From NCBI GenBank assembly GCA_963669175.1, contig OY769902.1, positions 4,160,001 through 4,224,000 of the forward strand: a stretch of 64,000 nt of DNA, in the 5' to 3' direction. This document shows positions 40,092 through 51,200 of this stretch, one piece after another (position 1 is the stretch's first letter; each line of letters opens with the position of its first letter). Position numbers and translations under genes: made by a program. The notes below the pieces were generated by a model, which saw nothing but the letters and a program-made list of their open reading frames with translations, had not been told where the DNA came from and did no database searches. This stretch comes from a bacterium. GTDB taxonomy: Bacteria > Electryoneota > Electryoneia > Electryoneales > Electryoneaceae.

Positions 40092-42314
40092 TTGACTTCG
40101 AATTCTTTACTCTATCGGTTGTTTCCTTTCCTGAGCTGGTTCAAAGGATACAACGGTGAAGCCCTCCGTGCAGACTTCATCTCGGGTTTGACTGTAGCGC
40201 TTGTTCTGGTTCCCCAATCCATGGCGTATGCGCAGTTGGCGGATCTGCCGGCGTATTATGGTTTGTACGCAGCGTTCCTGCCTCCGATGATCGCCGCCAT
40301 GTTCGGGTCCAGCCATCAGCTCGCTACCGGGCCGGTTGCCATCGTATCATTGATGACATCAACCGCCCTGGCGCCCCTGGCGACAGCAGGAAGCGAGTCT
40401 TTTATCGCGTATGCCATTATGCTGGCATTCCTGGTGGGTTTATTCCAGTTCTGCCTTGGTGTTTTCCGTTTGGGCATGGTTGTGAATTTTTTATCGCATC
40501 CGGTTGTCAACGGCTTCACCAATGCCGCAGCGCTCATCATTGCCACATCCCAGCTTTCCAAGCTGTTCGGCGTTACTGTCGATAAGGCTGAACATCATTA
40601 CCAGACGGTTTACCTGGTTGTGGTGGCAGCGTTGAAGCATACGCACTGGCCCACACTTGCCCTGGCATTCCTGGCGTTTGCCATTATGATCACGCTGAAG
40701 CGTATCAACCCACGCATTCCCAACGTGCTGGTGGCTGTAGTCGTTACAACCCTTATCTCCTGGGCCATCGGCTTTGAGAAGAACCAGACCACCACTTTGG
40801 ACAACATCATTGAGCCGGAAGTCCACAAGCTGGCCAGTGAGTATAATGCGACCCTGGTCCAGATCGATTCCCTGATGAATCTTCGTATCGAAGCAGGCAA
40901 CAAGGCCAAGGACGCTGTTCACGAGTACGGCGCTCATTCAGTGGAAGCCATCAGCCTCGAAGCGCAGGAAGCTGAACTGGAAGTCATCATCGAGAAATTA
41001 AAGCATCGCGCTTCCCACTTCCGAACAGAATTGCGCGAATACCGCTTTGCCTGCATTCAATCCGGACACGGAACAGGGGTGTTTGTCCCGCCTGAGAATG
41101 TTGAAGATGAAGAAGAGGTGAACGGCAAGCAATGGAAACTGCGTCTCGGCAATCGTCAAATTGATCCCGGACAGATTACTTTAGCAGGTGGAGGTGCTGT
41201 AGTAGGTGTTATCCCGCGTGGTTTACCCTCGATTTCGGTTCCCAAGTTCAACTTATCCATTCTGTTCGAATTGCTTCCCATGGCAATCATCATTTCCCTT
41301 CTGGGATTCATGGAAGCAATCTCAATTGCCAAGGCTATGGCAGCACGTACCGGGCAACGTCTCGATCCAAACCGTGAACTGATCGGGCAGGGCCTGGGCA
41401 ACATGGTTGGTTGCCTCTCGCAGAGTTACCCGGTATCAGGTTCATTTTCACGTTCCGCAGTCAACCTTCAAGCGGGGGCGGTTACCGGTTTGTCCAGCGC
41501 CTTCAGCAGCCTGATCGTATTGCTGACACTGCTGTTCTTTACTCCCCTGCTTTATCATCTTCCCCAGGCTGTACTGGCTTCGGTTATCATGATGGCTGTG
41601 ATTGGCCTGGTTAATGTCAGCGGTTTTATCCATGCCTGGAAAGCACAAAAATATGACGGCATTATTTCCGTACTGACATTTGTTTGTACCTTATATTTTG
41701 CGCCGCATCTGGACAAGGGAATTATCATCGGCGTCCTTTTGTCGCTGGCATTGTTCCTGCTGAGAAACATGAAACCCCAGATGGCGGTTCTATCACGTAC
41801 CCCTGACGGCCATTATCGTAACGCGGATCGCTGGGGACTTGTCACCTGCGAACACATGTCCGTGGTCAGGTTCAACAACTCCCTTTTCTTTGCCAATGTG
41901 AATTACCTTGAAGATGAAATATTGCGGGAAGTTGCGTCCATGCCTAACCTTCGTCATGTATTAATTGTGGGCAATGGCATGAACGAGCTGGACGCATCAG
42001 GTGAAGTATTGCTTTCACAATTAGTTACACGACTACGTGAGGCAGGCCATGATATCTCATTCTCCGGTTTGAACGATCATGTTATTGATGTGATGAAACG
42101 AACACATCTGTATGAGAAAATTGGCGAGGATCATTTCTATTTCAGTATCCGACAGGCAGTTGAAACCATACACAAGGGAACCTGCCTGAAGAAGAAGGAC
42201 AAGACCTGTCCGTTGCTGGTTTGCCAGTTCAAAAACGCGAAACCGGGCTGGCATGCCGAGCTGGAGATGCAGGTCAATGAGGACATCCCCAAGAAAGTTC
42301 GTGCGGATACATGA
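40092..42314 (+). CDS. SulP/SLC26 anion transporter with STAS domain and extra loop insertion
   Basis: ADFISGLTVALVLVPQSMAYA, NRELIGQG, GSFSRSA, LFFAN...DASG. Confidence 0.93.
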   Translation: MTSNSLLYRLFPFLSWFKGYNGEALRADFISGLTVALVLVPQSMAYAQLADLPAYYGLYAAFLPPMIAAMFGSSHQLATGPVAIVSLMTSTALAPLATAGSESFIAYAIMLAFLVGLFQFCLGVFRLGMVVNFLSHPVVNGFTNAAALIIATSQLSKLFGVTVDKAEHHYQTVYLVVVAALKHTHWPTLALAFLAFAIMITLKRINPRIPNVLVAVVVTTLISWAIGFEKNQTTTLDNIIEPEVHKLASEYNATLVQIDSLMNLRIEAGNKAKDAVHEYGAHSVEAISLEAQEAELEVIIEKLKHRASHFRTELREYRFACIQSGHGTGVFVPPENVEDEEEVNGKQWKLRLGNRQIDPGQITLAGGGAVVGVIPRGLPSISVPKFNLSILFELLPMAIIISLLGFMEAISIAKAMAARTGQRLDPNRELIGQGLGNMVGCLSQSYPVSGSFSRSAVNLQAGAVTGLSSAFSSLIVLLTLLFFTPLLYHLPQAVLASVIMMAVIGLVNVSGFIHAWKAQKYDGIISVLTFVCTLYFAPHLDKGIIIGVLLSLALFLLRNMKPQMAVLSRTPDGHYRNADRWGLVTCEHMSVVRFNNSLFFANVNYLEDEILREVASMPNLRHVLIVGNGMNELDASGEVLLSQLVTRLREAGHDISFSGLNDHVIDVMKRTHLYEKIGEDHFYFSIRQAVETIHKGTCLKKKDKTCPLLVCQFKNAKPGWHAELEMQVNEDIPKKVRADT

Positions 42315-42387
42315 TCCGGTTATAAAGTTGTGATCTGATTGCAGCTTGTAGATACCTGTACAACGTTAAACGATGCAGGATTGTGCG

Positions 42388-43602
42388 ATGGCGATAATTA
42401 CGTTATTCAGTGGACCTTATTGTTCCGGTGATGAGGTCGCCCAGGGCGTTGCCGATCACCTCGGGTACCAGCGTGTTGACGAAGAAGTTTTAGTGGAAGC
42501 AGCCAAACGATCCAAGCTGACGGTTGACAAGCTGAAGCGATCGCTTTCCGGAAGCCCGGGATTCCTGGGAAAGTTCACCAAAGAACATGAACGTGCTCTT
42601 GCCTATTTACGTGCGGCCCTTGCAGATATGCTGCATCGGGACAACCTTGTTCTGCACGGCTACGTCACGCATTTGATTCCTCTTTCGATTACCCATGTGC
42701 TGAAGATATGCCTGATCGCCAATACGGACTATCGTGTTGAGGCAGCCATGAAAGCTGAGGGCATCTCGAAAGACAAGGCGCTGAAGAAAGTCCATGAAGG
42801 CGATAACGAACGAGGCGCCTGGACTCATCGCGTACGAAGCAATGATCCATACGACGACGCCCTCTATGATATCGTTTTAGCCATGCAGTCAACCAGTATT
42901 GAACAGGCCATTGATTCTATTTGCAGCGGTGTATCGATTGACACATTGAATAGAACACCGGAAGATGAGCAGGCGATGGCGGACTTCGCCCTTGCTTCAG
43001 AAGTCAATATCGCACTCGCAGAGAAAGGCTATGAGATTGATGTAAAAGCAGACAACGGAAATGTTCAGATATTCCTGAACAAGTATACTTCCCGGTTGGA
43101 ACATACCCAGAAGAAGATCGAAGAAATCGCAGTTGCTGTGGCGGGGGTTCAGTCAGCAGCATGTAGCCCTGGCATACACTTTACTCCCCCATCCCTGATG
43201 CCAACACCGGAGTTGAATATGCCTTCACGAATCCTCCTGGTAGACGACGAGAAAGAATTTGTACATACCTTGTCCGAACGATTGCTTACACGGGATCTTG
43301 AATCGGCCGTTGTATATGATGGTGAAGAGGCGCTGGACTTTGTCGCCAACGAACCACCGGACGTCATGGTGCTGGACCTGAAGATGCCGGGCATTGACGG
43401 CATTGAAGTGCTGCGACGTGTAAAACAGAGCCACCCGGATATCGAGGTGATTATCCTTACCGGACACGGGTCAGACCGGGAACGTGATATCGCGCTTGAC
43501 CTTGGCGCGTTCGCCTATTTACAGAAACCCGTGAACATCGATGTGCTGGCGACGAAAATGAAGGAAGCACAAGCAGCCATAAACGAGAAAAAGCACTCGT
43601 AA
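42388..43602 (+). CDS. Cytidylate-kinase-like domain fused to a receiver domain
   Basis: IITLFSGPYCSGDEVA N-terminus, YDIVL motif, C-terminal ILLVDDE..VLDLKMPG..LTGHG..KP. Confidence 0.85.
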   Translation: MAIITLFSGPYCSGDEVAQGVADHLGYQRVDEEVLVEAAKRSKLTVDKLKRSLSGSPGFLGKFTKEHERALAYLRAALADMLHRDNLVLHGYVTHLIPLSITHVLKICLIANTDYRVEAAMKAEGISKDKALKKVHEGDNERGAWTHRVRSNDPYDDALYDIVLAMQSTSIEQAIDSICSGVSIDTLNRTPEDEQAMADFALASEVNIALAEKGYEIDVKADNGNVQIFLNKYTSRLEHTQKKIEEIAVAVAGVQSAACSPGIHFTPPSLMPTPELNMPSRILLVDDEKEFVHTLSERLLTRDLESAVVYDGEEALDFVANEPPDVMVLDLKMPGIDGIEVLRRVKQSHPDIEVIILTGHGSDRERDIALDLGAFAYLQKPVNIDVLATKMKEAQAAINEKKHS

Positions 43603-43640
43603 ACAACCGGCAATCTCTATCGTTAAGCAGTGAGTAGCCC

Positions 43641-45380
43641 GTGGACACTACCCTGCATCTTCAGTTCTTCAAACAGATGTTTCTTCCTCGCCGATTTCTG
43701 AAATCGGCGGATAAGACAGAAGATTTGCGCCGTTACCGCAGATTATGGTGGTACTCGGTCTTATTAACTCTTATTGTGGCACAGGCGCCCCTGATCATCA
43801 TGGCCGGGGTCAATTATTTCATGTTCCAGGAAACCATGCAATCCGACCTGCGTTATGACCTTTCACGCAACCTGGTCGGCATTTCACGATCCCTGCAAAC
43901 GATTATCGAAGAACGCCTGGCAGCGCTGCGTTTCACAGTCAAGGATAAAACAACAGAAGAATTATACGATCCGGCAGAATTGGCAATCACCTCTCAGAAC
44001 CTGAAGAACACATTCGGCGGTTTTGTTGATCTTGGTGTGATCAGTTCTGACGGTATCCAGTTGAATTATGTCGGACCATATGACCTTGCAGGTGCTGACT
44101 ATTCGGACCAGAGCGCGTTTCACGAAGTTGTAATCCGTGGCACCCATGTCAGCGACGTCTTCATGGGCCATCGTCATTTCCCGCATTTTGTCATTGCCGT
44201 AAAGCACGAGACAGGCAACAACGATTTTTACATCCTCCGTGCGACGGTGGATATGGAATCGCTTAACCGGCTTATTTATATCCCGGATTCAGATGAAGTG
44301 GATGACGTCTTCATTGTCAGCCGTGATGGTATTCTGCAAACCCCCTCGCGATCACATGGCGAATTGCTGGAAAAGGCAACCTTGCCGATTCCCGAATACA
44401 CACCGAATTTATCGGTAATAGAACGTATCCGTGATGAACAACTGCCATGTTACCTGGGCTACAGCTTTATTGACAACACCCCTTTTATCCTGATGGTGAC
44501 AAAGACCAGGCCGCATATGGTACATGCCTGGATCAGCAAGCAGTCAGATATGATCGTATTCCTCATCTTGAGCCTGATTCTGATTTTTATCGTGGTATTA
44601 TGGAGTTCAACAAAGTTGATGATGCACATTCGTCAGGCAGACCAGCATCGGACTCAACTCCTGTTGAACGTGGAATACACTAATAAAATGGCGACTATCG
44701 GACGCCTGGCTGCCGGTGTAGCCCACGAAATCAACAATCCGCTTGCTATCATCAACGAGAAGGCGGGATTGCTGACCGACCTTGCCACACTTTCCGAGGA
44801 GTATCCCTACAAGGACAAAACCCTCAAAGCCCTGGATACGATTGTAAAATCTGTTGAACGGTGCAGTGGTGTTACGCATCGGTTGCTCGGCTTTACACGA
44901 AAGATGCAGACCCGTTCGGAACCTATCAAACTCGACCACCTCCTTGACGAAGTGGTGGGATTCCTGGAAAGGGAAGCTCGCCATCGCAACATCAAGATAT
45001 ACAGGGATTACGATGTTGATATACCGTTGATTGAAAGTGACAAAGGCCAGCTTCAACAAGTGTTCCTCAATATTCTGAACAATGCTTTTGCGGCCGTGGA
45101 AAACGGTGGTAAAATCAACATGATGGTCGAGCCCAAAAACGGCCAGAAGGTATTTGTAACTATTCGTGATAACGGGGTTGGTATTTCAGAAGAAAATCTC
45201 ACCCATATCTTTGAACCGTTTTTCTCTACCAAGGGTGACTTTGGGACCGGTCTGGGACTGTCCATAACGTACGGGCTTGTACAGAAACTGGGCGGGACAA
45301 TTGAAATCGAGAGTGAAGTTGGCGTAGGGACAGCGTTTCTTGTGACCCTTCCATTAAAACACGAAATCGTTGCGGAGTAA
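43641..45380 (+). CDS. Membrane sensor histidine kinase with Cache-like periplasmic domain
   Basis: Two TMs, GVAHEINNPL, QVFLNILNNA, DNGVGI, FFSTK..GTGLGL. Confidence 0.92.
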   Translation: MDTTLHLQFFKQMFLPRRFLKSADKTEDLRRYRRLWWYSVLLTLIVAQAPLIIMAGVNYFMFQETMQSDLRYDLSRNLVGISRSLQTIIEERLAALRFTVKDKTTEELYDPAELAITSQNLKNTFGGFVDLGVISSDGIQLNYVGPYDLAGADYSDQSAFHEVVIRGTHVSDVFMGHRHFPHFVIAVKHETGNNDFYILRATVDMESLNRLIYIPDSDEVDDVFIVSRDGILQTPSRSHGELLEKATLPIPEYTPNLSVIERIRDEQLPCYLGYSFIDNTPFILMVTKTRPHMVHAWISKQSDMIVFLILSLILIFIVVLWSSTKLMMHIRQADQHRTQLLLNVEYTNKMATIGRLAAGVAHEINNPLAIINEKAGLLTDLATLSEEYPYKDKTLKALDTIVKSVERCSGVTHRLLGFTRKMQTRSEPIKLDHLLDEVVGFLEREARHRNIKIYRDYDVDIPLIESDKGQLQQVFLNILNNAFAAVENGGKINMMVEPKNGQKVFVTIRDNGVGISEENLTHIFEPFFSTKGDFGTGLGLSITYGLVQKLGGTIEIESEVGVGTAFLVTLPLKHEIVAE

Positions 45381-45383
45381 AAC

Positions 45384-45773
45384 ATGGAAAATTGTCGCAT
45401 ATTGCTGATTGATGACGAACTGGAGCTGGTTTCCACCCTGGTGGAACGGCTGGAAATACGTGGTATCTGCGCGGACGCTGTCACCAATGGGCACGACGCC
45501 TTGGAGCGTATGCGCGATATGCCCTATGATGTCATCGTCGCTGATTTGAAAATGCCCGGTCTGAGTGGAAAAGAGGTTATCGAAATCACTCGCGCCCGAT
45601 ATCCTGAAACAAAAATCCTGTTGATAACCGGGCATGGCCGTTCCTCCCATGACGAAATGGAGAAAAACATTCCCGGCGTGTTTGAAATCCTGATGAAGCC
45701 ATTCAACATCAATCAGCTTATCTCGTCTATCCAGAGAGCTGTTGAGAACCCGAATCCTGAGAAAAACGAGTAG
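45384..45773 (+). CDS. Single-domain response regulator
   Basis: ILLIDDE, DLKMPG, ITGH, KPF. Confidence 0.9.
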   Translation: MENCRILLIDDELELVSTLVERLEIRGICADAVTNGHDALERMRDMPYDVIVADLKMPGLSGKEVIEITRARYPETKILLITGHGRSSHDEMEKNIPGVFEILMKPFNINQLISSIQRAVENPNPEKNE

Positions 45774-45777
45774 TACG

Positions 45778-46437
45778 ATGTCCGATAGAGAAAAAACGAG
45801 CAACGAGCTGGAATTTTTCGGCCGGATTACCGCCAGCGTTTCTCACGAGATGAACAACGTGATCTCGATTATCGACCAGGTCTCCGGCCTGCTCGAAGAT
45901 CACCTCGCCGCAGCGGAATCCGGAATGGAGATCAAACCGGAGCAGCTCGCACGTGTCCATGGAAAAATCCAGGCTCAAACGGCTCGTGGTGTTGAGATCA
46001 TTCGACGTCTGAACAAGTTCGCTCACAGTGTTGATGATCCGGTCTGTGATTTTGACTTGAACGTAGTGTTGGAGAACCTGGCCGGGATATGTGATCGCTT
46101 TGCCACGCTGAACCGTGTAGTTCTGCTTCGGGAATGGTCACCACAGGAAATCCCGATGACAAATTCGCCATTCCTTGTCCAGCAGGCTGTTTACTACCTG
46201 CTTCGCTACACATTCGAGATAACGGATAATCAGGCAGAGATTACCATTTCTACGGCTATTGAGGATGCAAAGCCCTGTATTGAGATTGCCTATCCCAAAA
46301 GTACCAGCAGCGATACAGAAACGCCGGACAACAACTGGATAGAAAAAGCGCAGACGGTTTGTGCCCTGATTTCCTGTTCCATTGAGTATGCAAATGTAGG
46401 TGCAGAGACAGAAATTATTCGTATTTTGTTTCTATAG
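45778..46437 (+). CDS. HisKA protein with degenerate ATPase domain (possible phosphotransferase)
   Basis: SVSHEMNNV H-box; no N/G1/G2 boxes. Confidence 0.75.
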   Translation: MSDREKTSNELEFFGRITASVSHEMNNVISIIDQVSGLLEDHLAAAESGMEIKPEQLARVHGKIQAQTARGVEIIRRLNKFAHSVDDPVCDFDLNVVLENLAGICDRFATLNRVVLLREWSPQEIPMTNSPFLVQQAVYYLLRYTFEITDNQAEITISTAIEDAKPCIEIAYPKSTSSDTETPDNNWIEKAQTVCALISCSIEYANVGAETEIIRILFL

Positions 46438-46512
46438 GGATCAACCTGTACAACAGATTGTTTCAACCGATAATCCTGTTGATCGTTCGAAAGAAAAGCG
46501 GAGGATTCATAG

Positions 46513-46944
46513 ATGACACCCATTCGTGTACTGCTCGTGGATGATGAACAGGATTTCACCGAGATCCTGTCGGAACGGTTGATCACGCGTGGCATGCTGG
46601 TTGATGTTGCCAATGAAGGTCAGGAAGCGTTAAAACTCGCGGGGGAACGTACCTATGACGCGGTCGTCCTCGATCTGCAAATGCCCGGCATGGACGGCAT
46701 CGAGACGCTGAAACGTATGGTTCGACTCAACAGCGACCTTCAGGTGATCCTCCTGACCGGACACGGCACCCTGGACAAGAGTGTTGAGGCCATGAAATCT
46801 GGTGCGATGGAATTCCTCGAGAAACCACCGGACATGAATATCCTGATCCAACGCTTGAGCGAAGCCAAAACCACACATCGTGAGCTTTCCGAGAAACGCA
46901 TGGAAGACACTCTCGGCGGTATCATGAAAAAAATGGGGTGGTAG
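46513..46944 (+). CDS. Single-domain response regulator
   Basis: VLLVDDE, DLQMPG, LTGHG, EKP. Confidence 0.92.
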   Translation: MTPIRVLLVDDEQDFTEILSERLITRGMLVDVANEGQEALKLAGERTYDAVVLDLQMPGMDGIETLKRMVRLNSDLQVILLTGHGTLDKSVEAMKSGAMEFLEKPPDMNILIQRLSEAKTTHRELSEKRMEDTLGGIMKKMGW

Positions 46945-47223
46945 CTCTCGCAAGTTTGAAAGTTGGAAAGTTACAAAGTTGTAAAGTTGAAAAGTTATCG
47001 GGTTGCCTGGTATCAGCTAGCATTGGCAAGAGTGTTCTGGGGAGCAGATACGCCTAGGCGCACTATCCAAGGATTGTTGAAGAATTGATCACGGACTTAT
47101 CGAAATTTGAATACAGTAAAACATGCGACACTATTGTCGTTCCTGAAAGTCTTTATCGTTTCATGTTGGCGGCAGCTTCTTTCGGACACTGGACATTTAT
47201 CTTTTCTAGGGTCTGCTTCGCCC

Positions 47224-47327
47224 TGATTGCACCTCCTGATTGCACCTCCTGATTGCACTCTTTGATTGCACCTCCTGATTGCACCTCCTGATTGTACTCT
47301 TTGATTGTACTCTTTGATTGCACTCTT
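47224..47327. repeat. Eight 13-bp tandem units (tgattgcacctcc / tgattgyactctt)
   Basis: Directly visible. Confidence 0.9.
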
Positions 47328-47350
47328 TCGAAAGTATATATTTATTTGTT

Positions 47351-47964
47351 TTAGCAGGCTTTAGCCTGCTCCTCTTAGCCCCCGGCTTTAGCCCTGTCTC
47401 TTGCTCACATCTTCGTGTTTCTGCCACCCCAGAGGGGGTGGTATATTTTTTCGTAGGGTTGACGCTGTCTGTTTAGCGTCTACCCTACGAAAAAGATCAA
47501 ACCTTATCTCAACCCTGGAAGGGTTGCATAACGTATAATTTACACCCAATTGGTTTGTATAGAATATAAAATGCGTTATTTCCTGTATTTATTGAACGTA
47601 CTAATATGAATCGCGTATTATGCAACCCTTCCAGGGTTGATTATTCGTTAGAATACCTGACATAGTGTACAGGCCAAACAGACGGCCTGTACACTATGCT
47701 AAAATAGGGAATCCCGCCGGGATTCTAAAAATGCTATGTCCACAACTCTTTTACTGATACAGCTTTCAGAAGATGTGGGTAAGAGACAGGGCTTTAGCCG
47801 GGGGAACAAGGACAACAACGACTCGAGCGCCCTTCAGGGTGCTTTCCTGATTCGTATGGATTCTATGACGTTAAAGCACGCTAAAGCGCGCTCATAGCTT
47901 TTGTTATATCCATCCACCCGGCTAAAGCCGGGTGCTAAGAGGAGCCTGCTGAAGCAGGCTAAAA
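47351..47964. repeat. REP-like family B copy 3, interrupted by a MITE
   Basis: Same hairpins as 6414-6621 once 47394-47799 is removed. Confidence 0.85.
47394..47789. mobile_element. 396-bp MITE with IS50/Tn5-like 19-bp ends and duplicated target GGCTTTAGCC
   Basis: CTGTCTCTTGCTCACATCT ... AGATGTGGGTAAGAGACAG; GGCTTTAGCC at 47384-47393 and 47790-47799. Confidence 0.85.
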
Positions 47965-48113
47965 ACTTTTGAATCAGTAAAACTTTTGAATCAGCAAAAA
48001 CTTATGAATCAGCAAATACTTATGAATCAGTAAAAACTTTCGAATCAGCAAAAACTTTTGAATCAGCAAATACTATCGAATCAGCAAAAACCTTCGAATC
48101 AGTAAAAACCTTC
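47961..48113. repeat. About 8.5 tandem 17-18 bp units (aaaaacttttgaatcagc)
   Basis: Directly visible; begins at the REP right end. Confidence 0.9.
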
Positions 48114-48275
48114 GAGACCCCATATTTTTTCAAGAAACAGTATCTCAGAAACAGTATCTCAGAAACCCTTTGTTCCTGTCACGAAAATCCAACCATCTCC
48201 AACTCAACCCTTGTCCCTTCCGGCTGAACATGCTACGTTTCGCAAGGTCCGAAATCCTTGTGAGGAATAGCCCGC

Positions 48276-51200
48276 ATGAAACGATTCGCGTTCATCCTGT
48301 TGCTTGCTTATTGTATTCCTTTATTGGCGGCGGATACGAAGTATCCAGTGACGTATTATCGTGCCGTTGATTCGCTACGCACCAATCTTGTCGCGGATTC
48401 CCTGTACCGTTACGCTGACTATGATCAGCAGATGAAACACTGGGAACGTGCGGACACGCTGGCGCAAAAAGGCCTGGCAACGCTCGATACGCTGCAGAAC
48501 CTGCTGGACTGGACTTACCGTGGCAGCGATGAAGCGATTGCTGCGGCCATGTTGGGCATGCGTGTCGCGGTAATAACCCGTCCCATGGGGAAACCGGAAC
48601 TGAACAGAATCGAGTTTCACAATCCTGCGACCGATGAATTACTGATTGTTTACGATCCGGCGCCCTGGCTGGTTGATGAGACCATCGGCTTTGTACAAAC
48701 TGATAAAAACACGACCATCTTTGAAACCTGGCCCAAGGTTGACGGCTACCGCGTTACTACGTTTTCCCATTCACGTCTGGATGGCGGTTTCCAGGTAATT
48801 CGTGAAGGTCGCACCATCATCCGTGCCCTTCCGGACAAACGTGACCGCATCTGGCTACTCGAATATGACGCTGACCAGACTGTACATCTGGTACTATATA
48901 ACGCAGACTCAAAACGCTTCGCCCAGGTCAAGACATTCCATGAATACAGCCCGTTAGCTTTCAAACCGCCATCACGCGCTTATAATGACGGCTGGGTGTT
49001 GATTGACATGGATGAGCTGTATTTCCTCGACCCGCTTGCCGGACGTTGTGACAAGCTGATGAATCTGCCCTTTATCGCTGTGAGCGAAGATCAGTTTTCC
49101 GGCTGGACCTTCAGCGCCATGCGTGACAACGATTTGCACCTGCTGAAGTTCAAACCGCGTCCCCCGGTGTATAAACATGTCATCTTGCCAGACGCTATCC
49201 CTGCGGAACGAAACGGCCTTTCCGCCAAGGTCAATGACTTCGGCGCCTACCTTGCCAATGTGCAGGATGACAGTCTTTCGCTGTACAACATTCTGGGCGA
49301 TGAAGCTTCGCTGGAATCTCGTCATTCCGCGTTACGACGTCATGGTTTCATGCTGCTTGACGGGCTTGAGTGGTTCGGACACCTGCTGCTCCATTACGGA
49401 CGTAATGGTCTCCGGGTTTACAACGGCAGCAACCTGATTTTCGCGGATAGTGCCAACGGGGATCAGGTTGGTGTCATTGAACCGTTGGAAGGAATGCTGT
49501 GGGCGCATCGAGCGCCGGATTTCCTGTACTGTGTGGACTTGAACACAAAAGACACGCTGTGGCATTCCTCGCTGAAGCTCTCCCCCGCACGCCACATGGC
49601 CCGGCTGAATGATGGCTGGCTGGCGCTGAATAACAACTATCTCGATTACCGGGTGGTTGATTTCGCCAACGGAAACGAACTGTTACGTCAACCTGTACCC
49701 GGCCCGATGGTGTTTTCCTATCTGCCACTGGATGAAAGTGTGCTTTTGAATGGTCCGGGTGGCGCTTTCCTGCGGTATTTGCCGATCAGACGTGATCTTC
49801 GCGCTGACCTTGTGGAACTGCGCGCACGTGGGCTCAATGTCCTCGGTGACACCACGCAGGCGCTGGACCTCGCTACTCAAGCCTTCATCCTGGGTGAACC
49901 GTTGAAGGAATGGGCTCACAACGGTCTGCTGAAACGCTACAAAGGGCAACGCCTGACTCGTGAAAGTCTGCAATTTGTGGGTCAGGCAGCAATCCGTACC
50001 GGTGATCCCGGCTGGACAAAAATTCTGAACCGTGGCGGGGCGGAGTTCTTCTCTCCTGCGGTTTTGAGTGGGTTCAATCATTTGATCCCCACGGGCAAAG
50101 GTGTGATGGCCATGCCTTCCCTGACGCCGAAAGATTACCTGACCGGCGAATATGGCTGGCATGCTTCGTTTGTCCTTGGTCCGAAATTTGACAGCTATGG
50201 CGAATTACAGCAGCGTTTCCTGACCAGCTATGCCATCCAGATTCCTGATGGATATATCCTGTTCTCTTTCGAACGTCGCAGCCAGAACCGTCCGGTTTAT
50301 GATGGTCTGGCGTGGTTGTTGAACTCATCCGGCTCAATCAAACCACTGGGCAAGCTGGACATTGCCGCCTTGTCCGAACAATTCCCCCCCAGCAGTGACA
50401 TGGTCGCCGGGGGAATTGTGCCCACATTGTCCAATCCCGATGGGGACAAGATCCTGGTCAACTTCTGGCGTTTCGGCTTCAGTGAAGATGTCCATCCCCT
50501 GTTCACAGCGTGCATCGACCTGACCGGCGGCGGGAAGAACTGGACGGATACGACCTCCGTATCACCGGTGTTTGCCGGAGGACAATGGTACGCTCATGAG
50601 ATCAGCGGTGAAGAAATTGTGTACGTAGCACCGCATGGTCAGGCAGCCCGGGCGGACATGAGAACCGGCGATATTATCCGTTCGGTCAACGGATACCCTG
50701 TCATGGCCTGTCAGCGATACAGCGACCTGATCGCAACTCTACCGCGCGGCGCAACCTACACTGTTCAGGTTGAATCACCCAAGGGTGAGCAATACACCGC
50801 AGAGTTGGTGAAGAGTTATACCGGCTTTGAGTCGCTGCCAGAACAGACACTGGTTGAATTAAACCAGAAAAATGCTACCCATTCCAATCCGATGAAACTG
50901 CCTGCCGGATACCTGTTGATGGCAGCCAACGAAGATGGCCACCTGGTGTACAAGTACCAGGACAGCCTGCTGTTCGTTGATCCGGTAGCGCAGTCCATGC
51001 AACGAGTGACTCTACCGGGTATCTCAGACACGGACCTCCTGACAAGTCCGGGCATGTATGATATCGCTGTGTTCGGGAATCCATCAGCGGGACGCTTCCT
51101 TGGTATCAACCTCGCTGCCAGCGCTGTGGATTCACAACGAGTTGTCTGGCGGAAAACATTTGGACCGTTGCGTAATCTACCCCCGCTAAATGAAGCGGCA

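Noticed and set aside
47394-47789. Nextera adapter contamination
   Set aside because: Both ends differ from the mosaic end at 2-3 positions, face inward as a pair, lack adapter tails and are flanked by a target duplication; a read check is still advised.
47220-48115. CRISPR array suggested by regular short repeats (also 38329-38448 and 56265-56430)
   Set aside because: Units are head-to-tail with no unique spacers, and there are no cas genes in the window.
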